DNA from: a virus
Taxonomy: Duplodnaviria > Heunggongvirae > Uroviricota > Caudoviricetes
IMG/VR virus record: IMGVR_UViG_3300037851_000345
Coordinates: 188,067-222,974 of that record
Strand: one strand, 5' to 3'
DNA: 34,908 bases
A program made the translations under genes and the position numbers. Positions within the stretch are counted from its first letter, which is position 1, and every line of letters starts with the position of its first letter. This document shows, in pieces, positions 14,267-23,066 of the stretch. The notes below the pieces were generated by a model. That model saw only the letters and a program-made list of their open reading frames with translations, had not been told where the DNA came from and ran no database searches.

Positions 14267-15626
14267 ATCTTGCTTCCTCTAAAATGATTTGAAATGCGCC
14301 GTTGCCAAACAATCTGAATAATGAAACAGGAGTGGTGAACAAACTTCCTGTTTGTAAAATATTTTCCATAGGACAACCTAAAGCATAGTTAATGAATATA
14401 GAGAACAAAGTGGCGAGGTTTTCATCTGCAAAATCTTCACTTATCTGTTTACTATATACTAATTCTTTGATAAGTGCTAAGGTTGTGGCCGTTTTATGTT
14501 TGGAAAAGGTTTGAAAACAAGACCAAGTATAAAATACCCTATCGACTTCCAATTGGTTATTGATATCTACGATATGCTTTTCCTTTACCAATTTTATTCT
14601 GTCTTTTTGCTGTAAATGGAAATCCCAATTCCCCTCATTTCTTAATTCTTTTTCATATTCAGGATGATTCATAAAAAGTGAACGATGACATAAATGAAGG
14701 TCTTGGAGTTCTCCTAATTGGTTTTGCGAGCGTCCTGCCGAACAGGAAAACATATCAGGCTTTGAAAAAAATTCCCTGCTGAAATCAAACAACCGTATCA
14801 ACCTGTAAGTATATGCATTGAATAAAGAGTTTTGGTGCTTTAAAAAGGGCCGTTGTCTTTGTTCATCAGACAAACGCTTTAAATGCCAACAGGTTTTTGC
14901 CCATATCTTGCCATCTTCTGAACTATATGTGCCAGGAACAGACATTGATGGAATCCCATTTAAGTCTAGATGAATATTTTTTTGCTTGTTAATTCCTTTT
15001 GCTAGGTCTATCCACTCATCAAAGAAATAAAAATAATAACGATATCTAGATTCCTCTCCATTAAGCCAATTTAGATTTTCAATTGACCAAGTTGATTTAA
15101 AATGAAACTTGACTTTTTTCTTCCCCAATTCTTCATTCTGAAGCAAACGTAAAACCTTTAAAAAATTACTTTTAATTGTTATTGTGGCACTACCTTGGCG
15201 GTTTTTATCTGTTACTTCTGGTGGGCCATCAATTGAGATTTGAACTTTGACTGAAATATCTCTATCTTTTGGCAAAGCCTGAATAAATTTAATTACACTT
15301 AAAGGATTGACCATCAAATTTGTTGAAAAACTAAATTCCCTTAATTTTGGGAAAGTATCTAATATTTTTGGAAGTATAGGGATTATCAAATCTAAAGTCA
15401 GAAGTGGTTCCGTACCCCAAAAAGCCAAACATTCAAGTTGGCCTCCATAAAGAGATTGTAATTCTTTGACATACTCCCCTGTCTGAATTTTCTTGATGAT
15501 ATCTTGGTGGAGTTTTTTCAAATGATCATTCTTCTCAATATAACAATAGGAACAATTCAAATTACAATAACCCGATGTAAAAATTTCTCCCGCTACTGCC
15601 TGTTGGCTTTTTAAAATCTTATCCAT
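14244..15626 (-). CDS. Radical SAM protein with reduced SPASM/Twitch-like domain
   Basis: CNLNCSYC, FWGTEPLL, STN, QISIDG; C-terminal CSAG...LCH...GCP lacks the C-x2-C-x5-C block. Confidence 0.88.
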   Translation of the reverse strand: MDKILKSQQAVAGEIFTSGYCNLNCSYCYIEKNDHLKKLHQDIIKKIQTGEYVKELQSLYGGQLECLAFWGTEPLLTLDLIIPILPKILDTFPKLREFSFSTNLMVNPLSVIKFIQALPKDRDISVKVQISIDGPPEVTDKNRQGSATITIKSNFLKVLRLLQNEELGKKKVKFHFKSTWSIENLNWLNGEESRYRYYFYFFDEWIDLAKGINKQKNIHLDLNGIPSMSVPGTYSSEDGKIWAKTCWHLKRLSDEQRQRPFLKHQNSLFNAYTYRLIRLFDFSREFFSKPDMFSCSAGRSQNQLGELQDLHLCHRSLFMNHPEYEKELRNEGNWDFHLQQKDRIKLVKEKHIVDINNQLEVDRVFYTWSCFQTFSKHKTATTLALIKELVYSKQISEDFADENLATLFSIFINYALGCPMENILQTGSLFTTPVSLFRLFGNGAFQIILEEARYEFSRAK

Positions 15627-15660
15627 TATTCTTCCTTTTTAGTCCTCATCTTTATATTGA

Positions 15661-15667
15661 TATTTAT
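15661..15667 (-). promoter_or_regulatory. Candidate late-promoter motif ATAAATA upstream of the radical SAM operon
   Basis: 34 nt upstream of the ATG at 15626; not part of a stop codon. Confidence 0.4.
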
Positions 15668-15681
15668 TCTTTCTTAGATTC

Positions 15682-15705
15682 TCTTCAGCCCATAAAGGCT
15701 GAAGA
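15682..15705. other. Perfect 9-bp inverted repeat upstream of the radical SAM operon
   Basis: TCTTCAGCC-CATAAA-GGCTGAAGA, with no U-tract on either strand. Confidence 0.6.
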
Positions 15706-15772
15706 TTGGTATAATGATTGGCTTTCAAAAATTCCTCTCTATCTTGAAGATTAAAGAAATCTAAGTGTTTTA

Positions 15773-17155
15773 CTACTTATCTTTACAATATTTGTCAATT
15801 TTTCCAAAAATACATTTGATAAAGTTTGAAATTCCAAACAGTTTGTCGTTCCAGTTTATATAGTAAAAACAGGAACATTTCTGTTCGGGTGGAATAGGAC
15901 AAGTATTACCTGTTTCTTTCCATTTTCCATTTTCACAGGTTGCTGTGATGATAACCGAACCATCATAACAAGTTTCAGTCTTGACTTCACCGATTTGACA
16001 TTCAGGCTTTACGTAGGGAACAGTCCATTTTCCCTTGTTTGCTAATGGCCCAATGTACTGTTCGTATGGAACTGCCATGGCCTCAAAGATTTTGAGTTGT
16101 TCTTCTTTGCAATCATCCCAAGGCTCATCATCAGGAAGATGTTCAATACCCATAATTGGCATTTCAATTCCGTTCCAAACTTTTGTAAGAGCTTCAGTTC
16201 CATGATAGGTACAGATACGAGTTACCATCTGTGTCCATTGGTCAACGCCTGGCCGGGGTGTAGCACCACCCATGCAGCCATCATCACTCACTTGCCAACG
16301 GATAGGATGAACAGCCCAATAATCCATAGCCTGTTCAAACACATTTACGCCTTGATTGTTTTCACAACCACAACAACCGTGGGTCGGACGAATAATACTC
16401 GTATCCCATCTATCTGCAGGGTCTTGTCTTAATGGATGCCACATAAACAAATTGTAGTCATAAATATAACTTGGAAGTTTCTTAAAAAGGTCATTACCAT
16501 TTGAGGGGATATCAGGACAAATTGCCCAAGCGTGCGGCCAAATTTTTTGCTGGTCCATTGTCTCCAAAATAAAATAACAAAAATCAAGACTTTCTGCCGT
16601 CATTTCATTACCCATTCCAAAAACAATTTTTAAACCCTTTTCCTTTGCTAGTTTGAACCACTCCAACATATATGCTAATGCATACTGACGATTTTCAATA
16701 TCATAAAGGTTCTTTATTCCCTGTACATTGTTACGCCAAGGGGAAAATTGTTGGTCATGACTATCATTGGTATATTGATAGAAAAGGTCTATCCAAAGAG
16801 AAATACCTGGGGCAGTATTTCCTGCTTTTTGTGAAGGATAATTCATAATACGAATCATCTGTTCTGCAATTTCCCAATATTTATTATTGCGTTTTGTTAA
16901 GTCAAACACACCCTCAGAAACTTGAACAAATGGGGTGAGGTTAGTTTTGTACCCATTAGAGTCAGACCAATTAGGCCAAACGCTCCATCCTAACCAACGG
17001 AACATATTAACACCACGATTTGCCATATCCATACAATAATTATACCATCGTTCTTCATTTAAAACCCAAGTTTGTTTCTCTTCATCCCACACACTCATTG
17101 TGGGGTCCATTAATGAAAACATTGAACTTGATATAAAATACATTTTATCTGTCAT
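15773..17155 (-). CDS. Probable clan GH-A-like TIM-barrel glycoside hydrolase with Cys-rich C-terminal module
   Basis: GVNMFRW, FDLTK.N..YW, LWIDLF, SPW.NNVQG, GMGNE (NE acid/base-like), C-terminal C..GE.K...C.DGS.I...C..GKW..T...CP. AGGAGG RBS. Confidence 0.55.
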   Translation of the reverse strand: MTDKMYFISSSMFSLMDPTMSVWDEEKQTWVLNEERWYNYCMDMANRGVNMFRWLGWSVWPNWSDSNGYKTNLTPFVQVSEGVFDLTKRNNKYWEIAEQMIRIMNYPSQKAGNTAPGISLWIDLFYQYTNDSHDQQFSPWRNNVQGIKNLYDIENRQYALAYMLEWFKLAKEKGLKIVFGMGNEMTAESLDFCYFILETMDQQKIWPHAWAICPDIPSNGNDLFKKLPSYIYDYNLFMWHPLRQDPADRWDTSIIRPTHGCCGCENNQGVNVFEQAMDYWAVHPIRWQVSDDGCMGGATPRPGVDQWTQMVTRICTYHGTEALTKVWNGIEMPIMGIEHLPDDEPWDDCKEEQLKIFEAMAVPYEQYIGPLANKGKWTVPYVKPECQIGEVKTETCYDGSVIITATCENGKWKETGNTCPIPPEQKCSCFYYINWNDKLFGISNFIKCIFGKIDKYCKDK

Positions 17156-17183
17156 TTTTATCCTCCTAACGATTATCCATATA

Positions 17184-17190
17184 TATTTAG
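17184..17190 (-). promoter_or_regulatory. Candidate late-promoter motif CTAAATA
   Basis: Intergenic, upstream of the AGGAGG RBS of the GH-like gene. Confidence 0.4.
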
Positions 17191-17213
17191 TGAATTTATC
17201 GTTTTAGATGAAA

Positions 17214-18065
17214 TTACGCTGTACGTTTCCATATATAAACAACAAAGTAAGGTGGAATATTATCCCCATTTCCTGAATCAAATTCGGCAATATCTGTAGT
17301 ATGGGTGTGATTATCAATAGGAATAACACTATCACTACCACCTGCTGCCCAATAACCCTGTGAACTTGGACCACCTGATGCTGTAGCAGGTGGGTCAACT
17401 TTATGTGTGTGTCCCGAAGCACCACCTGTTGCCTCAACGGTTCCAAATAATCCATCCCCTGACTTATATCCAACAAGAAATTGTCCTTGGGCAATTTGAG
17501 ACCAAGTACCAAATCCTAAAAGTGTATTAGGATTCGTAGAAACAACTGAAAGAAATACAGAACCTATAGGCCACGCACTATCAAGACTTGGAGTAGTGCC
17601 TGAGTAACCCGATACTCCTGAGTAACCCGATATCCCTGAGTAACCCGAATAGCCCGAATATGAAATCCAATTCGACCCATCATACCAATATGGAATATTA
17701 GTATCAGAATTAAAATACATTTGTCCTTCAACCGCACCCACTGGATTAGAAGTAAAAACAGGAAGAACAAATAATCCACCATCTGATAAGTTAACATTAT
17801 ATGTAACACCCGACACGTTCATGTTAAATGTGTCGCCGTCAACACCAAGCGTTATTGTGTTAGTGCCTTGACCTGAAATGATGGATGATTCTTCAAAAAC
17901 TAAATTTGCGGCAGAACCAACATCCCCAATTAAAACATCACCACTAGAACATCCAACAACAAGCGTTCCGCTTGCATCAACATAAATTGTGCAGAGATAG
18001 GTGTTGGATGCTGAATAAATATCTAATGTCTGACCATCAAGAATTTGTATTGGTGTTCTTGCCAT
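17214..18065 (-). CDS. Tail fibre protein with SGY repeat and T4 gp10-like C-terminal domain
   Basis: P...EGQMYFN...YDG..W, SG-X repeat, WPIGSVFLSV..TNP..LLGFGTW...GQFLVG...HTH...PPYFVVYIWKRTA. Confidence 0.8.
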   Translation of the reverse strand: MARTPIQILDGQTLDIYSASNTYLCTIYVDASGTLVVGCSSGDVLIGDVGSAANLVFEESSIISGQGTNTITLGVDGDTFNMNVSGVTYNVNLSDGGLFVLPVFTSNPVGAVEGQMYFNSDTNIPYWYDGSNWISYSGYSGYSGISGYSGVSGYSGTTPSLDSAWPIGSVFLSVVSTNPNTLLGFGTWSQIAQGQFLVGYKSGDGLFGTVEATGGASGHTHKVDPPATASGGPSSQGYWAAGGSDSVIPIDNHTHTTDIAEFDSGNGDNIPPYFVVYIWKRTA

Positions 18066-18075
18066 CTTATTTTAT

Positions 18076-20379
18076 TTATCTAATTCTGTTTCCAAGGAGT
18101 CTTGTGCCTGTTGCATTGGCGTTGCCCAATCTCCAAAAATTATGCATAACCCCCGCTTCCCAAATACAACCACCTGGGTCGATTTGGGGTTGGTCAAGCC
18201 ACATATTTGCCCCTGTCGTAAAATATCCCCCTAAGCGAATATATAAATATCTATCATCTGTACAAGTATAAGTTACTTTAAGATATTCCCAATCTGCTCC
18301 GGTTGCTTCATCTAATGCCAATGCGGTATTCAGGTCATCTCTAATTTCTAAATAAGGTCCATTAACAGTACCAGATTGTCTTGCCCAACCACCAACATTT
18401 ATTACTGCGCCCTTTCTTCCAGAAATAACTGCGAAGAATCCTAACATAAAATTAATATTACTAGATTCAGAAGTAAATTTCCAAGAATAATTAGGAGATT
18501 TTTTAATACTTTCATCTTTTTCTCCATATCCTCGCATATATAAAAGAATATGGTTTCCTTTTATTAAATTATAATTTTCTAATAGACCTACAGCATAACA
18601 AAGGTGTTGGGTACTAGTATAGAACATAGGATGTCCAAAGTTAGCCGCTACAATAGGTTTGCTAGTAGATGTATCACCATAAAAATTTCTCATAATAGGA
18701 TATTTACCAAGAGATTCTAAATAAGCCGTTTTTGAAGATACATTAGAAAGTTTTATTTTATTAATTGAACCTGATCCTGATTCAAAATTATATCCAAAAA
18801 ATACACCACTTACACAATAATTTATTCTAATATATTTTACTTCTAATGCTGGTTTTCCACTATATGCCGCTCCAAGTATTGAATAATTACTATAATATTG
18901 TAGAAATCCGTATCCAGCAGCCATTTCGGAAAAATTATAAACCACAGAATCATTACTATATCCATTTAGATAGAAACCACCACCATTTGTATAATCCGCA
19001 GCGAGAGAAATATTTCCGCTAACATATTCATTAGTAGCATTTCCTGTTAAATATATTCCTCTGCCAATATTATATGTAACACAATTTTTTAAAACATTAT
19101 ATGCCCCTTGGACTCCTAAATATCCATATGTTGCTATAGAAAGTCTACAACATACATTTAAGATAATATTTTTTCCTCCAGCCCAATTTCCTGCATTAAT
19201 CAAAGTAACATTATTTGTTGTAAGACCTGTATATCTTGTTTCTAAATTTTGTATATTTACTGTTCGAACATTAGTTCCTGTTGGTATTGAAATATATCCT
19301 GTACAACCCGTTTGTGAATCTGAAGTATTTCCATGAAAAATGCAATCTCTGTTTAATTTTACAACCAATCCAGCCACAGTATGAGTTGCCGAAAGATTGG
19401 AAGCAAAATTAATTCTATCGCTTCCCCCACTTCCACCACCTACGGAAATACTATCTATAATTTTCGCTTCCCTGCTTGTATAAACCGCGCCGCCGATGGC
19501 TATTGTGTCCCCGTTCGACCACCCCCCTGCAGAAGATACATCGATATAACTATTTCCTGAAGTTGCCTCGATGATGGTTGCGGCAAGTTTGTAAACATAA
19601 TCTCCCGAAGCGTGGGCAATTTCAACCCCGCCTTCGTAACCTTTAATTCCTATGGTGTGGTTCGCTGTTGCATTGGCTGTGGTATAAATTATTTTATTGT
19701 AGATATCAATACTTGATACTTCAAATACTTCCGTGTCAATAACAAACTTCATCCCCGCTTCCCACGCTCTCGTATCTTCTGAAATATGAAAACTGTTATT
19801 CCCTATTGATGTCTGCGTGGTCAAGGTAAATTCAGGGCCAACCATTCTTCGTACATAAACATTTGTTCCGCTTATGGCATGAATGTAGAATACTTCATCT
19901 GTTCTGTCATTGTATGCCATATTGGTATAGTCATAGACGCTTATCCAATCTCCCACTCCAAATCCCGAAATACTTGTCAACTGCAAGTATCCATCTCCAA
20001 CTGCCGCATCTGCAGAAAGAGTAGTTTGTGAATTTGGAACCGTTCCTGTTGCGGTAAAAACATTACCTGTTATATTTGCTACTGTTAAAGCACCCAAGCA
20101 TCTCAAAAATGTCCCGTCTTTGAGAATCAGGCTTCCCGCCGTAGTTGAACCTACCGTTATGCTTGAACATCGAAGAGTTTTTGTTCCAACCCCACCTGCC
20201 CATTGTAAAGTGCCGCCGCCGTTTATTGTGATGGCTCCTATCGTATTCACATCATCGTCTATGTCATAAGTTACTGTGTGCGTAATTGTTACTGTGTCTG
20301 TTGCCGCAGGAACACCAGATGGACTCCAAGTTCCTGGTGTTCCCCAATTACCATTTCCTGCACTTGCTTTTGCTGCCAT
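18076..20379 (-). CDS. Tailspike/fibre with right-handed beta-helix and C-terminal CBM-like jelly roll
   Basis: N-terminal GNWG..GTW.P.GVP...DTVTI motif, Asn/Gly/Tyr-rich beta-helix rungs, C-terminal WEYLKVTY...YIRLG...WLDQ. Confidence 0.7.
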   Translation of the reverse strand: MAAKASAGNGNWGTPGTWSPSGVPAATDTVTITHTVTYDIDDDVNTIGAITINGGGTLQWAGGVGTKTLRCSSITVGSTTAGSLILKDGTFLRCLGALTVANITGNVFTATGTVPNSQTTLSADAAVGDGYLQLTSISGFGVGDWISVYDYTNMAYNDRTDEVFYIHAISGTNVYVRRMVGPEFTLTTQTSIGNNSFHISEDTRAWEAGMKFVIDTEVFEVSSIDIYNKIIYTTANATANHTIGIKGYEGGVEIAHASGDYVYKLAATIIEATSGNSYIDVSSAGGWSNGDTIAIGGAVYTSREAKIIDSISVGGGSGGSDRINFASNLSATHTVAGLVVKLNRDCIFHGNTSDSQTGCTGYISIPTGTNVRTVNIQNLETRYTGLTTNNVTLINAGNWAGGKNIILNVCCRLSIATYGYLGVQGAYNVLKNCVTYNIGRGIYLTGNATNEYVSGNISLAADYTNGGGFYLNGYSNDSVVYNFSEMAAGYGFLQYYSNYSILGAAYSGKPALEVKYIRINYCVSGVFFGYNFESGSGSINKIKLSNVSSKTAYLESLGKYPIMRNFYGDTSTSKPIVAANFGHPMFYTSTQHLCYAVGLLENYNLIKGNHILLYMRGYGEKDESIKKSPNYSWKFTSESSNINFMLGFFAVISGRKGAVINVGGWARQSGTVNGPYLEIRDDLNTALALDEATGADWEYLKVTYTCTDDRYLYIRLGGYFTTGANMWLDQPQIDPGGCIWEAGVMHNFWRLGNANATGTRLLGNRIR

Positions 20380-20382
20380 TCC

Positions 20383-21801
20383 TTACCCCAATATCAAAAA
20401 TTTCAAAATCGCATTTTCAGGAAGAGCATAGGTGAAGTCTACACTTGTTGTTGATGTTTCCCAATAATCTGCATCGTTTGCTATGTTGCTTGTGTCGATT
20501 CGTTGCAAGAGACCATTGACGAACAAGTGTAAAAATTGTCTGTCGCCTGATTTTAGGCTATATGAATAACTATTTGGGACTGTGATGGCTGTTCCTGCTG
20601 CAACACCTCCTGCAGGAATTGCATAATAGAGCGTATAGTTTTGAACAAGACCGCTTATTCCTGAATATCCTGAGTAACCTGAGAATCCTGAGACTCCACT
20701 ATATCCACTAACTCCGCTGTATCCTGATACCCCTGAATTGCCGCTTTCACCACTAAATCCCGATGCTCCTATACTGCCGCCACCTCCACCGCCGCCTGAA
20801 ACAAAATAAGTTTCTGTTTCTCCATCCGTTGCGCCTTCTTGAATAACAGACCTACCAATAAGCATACAATGGTAGCGAAGAACAGAAGGAATTGTATCAT
20901 AAGGTGTTTCTTTTTTTGCTAAATCGGAAGTGTTGTAATAATTTCTTCCTAAAAGATAAAATATTTGGTTAACATCTCCAATGCTTCGATAAAACCATCT
21001 AACTGCATACTTATTTGCAGGGATGGGTGTTACGACTCCAGCATTACAATAGTCGGTATTGTTATATGTTGTTTCGTCCGAATATGTCCAAACTCCTGCA
21101 ATCTGGCGAGTAAAGGTCATTCTATCCACGGAAGAATCAAAATTACCTAGTGTTATTATTTGATTAAGGGCATAAACAGGACCACCCGTTACGGTAATTG
21201 TTCTATTTGTGGGTGTGGTGATTTCAGCAATACGGGCTGTTGTAAAATCACCATAAAATAATCTATAAGGGTCTGTCCATGCTTGGACAAACAACATTTT
21301 ATTGGTAAGTCCTTTACCGACAGTTCCCGTATCGATAGAATGGACTTCATCGATGACCCCATCATCAATACGCCATACAACAAAAACAATTACCTCATCA
21401 CTACTGCTAGTTTGGGTTGGATAATTTACTATTCTATATTCAGGACTGCCGCCGTTGTAATGAATAGTGATATATTGCATATCATTAATCGTCAATGGAC
21501 CTAGCGTATCCCCCGCCACAGGATATTCAATAATGGCTCCCGTGCTGTTGGGATTGTCCCGAAGGTGGACAGTTGTGGCTCCTATTGTTACTGTTCCATT
21601 ACCATTATCCTTAAAAGTTGGTACTGTTAAAACACCAACTGTTCTGTCATCGATGAAGTTCAGGTTAGGAATATTGTTGTATCCACTATGTCCTGATGCT
21701 TGGGCTAGGTCATCATAACCCTGCGTGTCTCCTGCTGTGATTACGCCATTATCTTCAATAGTAAAGACCTTATCACCATTTTGATATATTCTTCTGCTCA
21801 T
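20383..21801 (-). CDS. Virion structural protein with SG-X repeat
   Basis: 472 aa, beta-rich, poly-Gly then 13-14 S-G-X triplets, C-terminal LHLFVNGLLQ...DY.ET beta-domain typical of fibre proteins. Confidence 0.7.
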   Translation of the reverse strand: MSRRIYQNGDKVFTIEDNGVITAGDTQGYDDLAQASGHSGYNNIPNLNFIDDRTVGVLTVPTFKDNGNGTVTIGATTVHLRDNPNSTGAIIEYPVAGDTLGPLTINDMQYITIHYNGGSPEYRIVNYPTQTSSSDEVIVFVVWRIDDGVIDEVHSIDTGTVGKGLTNKMLFVQAWTDPYRLFYGDFTTARIAEITTPTNRTITVTGGPVYALNQIITLGNFDSSVDRMTFTRQIAGVWTYSDETTYNNTDYCNAGVVTPIPANKYAVRWFYRSIGDVNQIFYLLGRNYYNTSDLAKKETPYDTIPSVLRYHCMLIGRSVIQEGATDGETETYFVSGGGGGGGSIGASGFSGESGNSGVSGYSGVSGYSGVSGFSGYSGYSGISGLVQNYTLYYAIPAGGVAAGTAITVPNSYSYSLKSGDRQFLHLFVNGLLQRIDTSNIANDADYWETSTTSVDFTYALPENAILKFLILG

Positions 21802-22124
21802 TATAGTGGGAAATAAGTGATAGAGTGTTTAAAGATAGGAGCGATTCCTGTATTTGAGGAAATATACAATACCCTTACATATTCTTCATCAACAGAGGCA
21901 CAAAATAAGATTCCTGTTTCATCAAAATTAGCAACCGTTACAATTTGTGCGGTGTTCGTAAAGCGGTTATATGTCAGGTGAATTTCTCCCTGTTCGACTT
22001 GGTTGCCACGTATTACGCTGTAATTTATCAGCGCACCTTTGAATGTTTTTGTGTAGAAGGAGAGCAGATTGGCATAGGCGGCTTGGTTATTGTTTAGTAA
22101 AATTTCTCCTGCTCTTGTTGGCAT
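21801..22124 (-). CDS. Small hypothetical virion protein
   Basis: 107 aa beta-strand pattern (FKGALINYSV.RG...E.G.I); translationally coupled to neighbours. Confidence 0.65.
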   Translation of the reverse strand: MPTRAGEILLNNNQAAYANLLSFYTKTFKGALINYSVIRGNQVEQGEIHLTYNRFTNTAQIVTVANFDETGILFCASVDEEYVRVLYISSNTGIAPIFKHSITYFPL

Positions 22125-22145
22125 CTATAGTTTAACATCCTTATT

Positions 22146-23054
22146 TTACGTTATAGAAATTATTACAATTCGGCCTGCAAATCTTCCGTCAACGCCAGGA
22201 GTTTGGTTAACTTGCAAACGAAGTTCATTAGCCCCTCTCTTCACAAGTTGGTAAGGTTTAGGAACTGTTTGTGTCTCGTAGTACGGGGCAACAGGAACAG
22301 GGTCGTAACCTGAATATCCTGGCGAAACCGTTTCGTCCCAAACTTGTACAACCAATTTCTGTGAGTTCAGACTGTGGGTGAAATCGATTTTGTAGTAGGT
22401 GGTCATATTCGACCATGATGCGCTTGCATCAAATGTTGTCGAATAAACGCCAGCAACTCCTAAGCCGCTGAATCCTGATATGCCACTATAGCCTGACTTG
22501 CCACTGTAACCCGATATGCCGCTATATCCCGACTTGCCACTATAACCTGATAACGAAGAGTAGCCTGATACGCCTGAATATGCGGAGTAGCCTGATACTC
22601 CGCTATAACCTGATACACCGCTGTAGCCCGACTTGCCGCTGTAGCCTGAGTATCCCGACTCGCCGCTGTAGCCTGATATGCCACTATAGCCTGACGGCCC
22701 GGAGTAACCTGAATAATTTGGTCCGACATCAGCACCTGAATATCCTGAGATTCCCGAATATGCAGAGAAGCCCGATATACCACTATACCCCGATTCGCCA
22801 CTGTAACCGCTGAAGCCCGCGCCAGAAAAACCACTTGTGCCTGAATATCCTGACCACGCAGAATAGCCTGATATGCCACTGTCACTAGAAAATCCGCTGA
22901 AGCCCGAAATGCCCGATGCACCAGGATTTTCTCCACTCCAGCCCGATATCCCTGAGAAACCTGAGTATCCTGATTGGCCTATTCTACCACTATAACCGGA
23001 TAGTCCTGATGAGGCCCCCAATCCCATTATTTCACGAGCGTCTATATTTGGCAT
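22146..23054 (-). CDS. Ser-Gly-X repeat fibre protein
   Basis: About 185 aa of S-[GAS]-X triplets, then a beta-domain IDFTHSLNSQKLVVQVWD. Confidence 0.8.
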   Translation of the reverse strand: MPNIDAREIMGLGASSGLSGYSGRIGQSGYSGFSGISGWSGENPGASGISGFSGFSSDSGISGYSAWSGYSGTSGFSGAGFSGYSGESGYSGISGFSAYSGISGYSGADVGPNYSGYSGPSGYSGISGYSGESGYSGYSGKSGYSGVSGYSGVSGYSAYSGVSGYSSLSGYSGKSGYSGISGYSGKSGYSGISGFSGLGVAGVYSTTFDASASWSNMTTYYKIDFTHSLNSQKLVVQVWDETVSPGYSGYDPVPVAPYYETQTVPKPYQLVKRGANELRLQVNQTPGVDGRFAGRIVIISIT

Positions 23055-23066
23055 TACAAACTTCTC

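Noticed and set aside
12926-15626. QueE/7-deazaguanine, anaerobic RNR activase or sulfatase-maturase assignment for the radical SAM genes
   Set aside because: Proteins are about 450 aa with SPASM-type C-termini, and no que/fol, nrdD or sulfatase genes are in the window; the neighbours are repeat proteins instead.
22146-23054. Collagen-like protein call
   Set aside because: Gly is not invariant (Ala/Ser substitutions) and Pro is nearly absent; Ser is the fixed residue.
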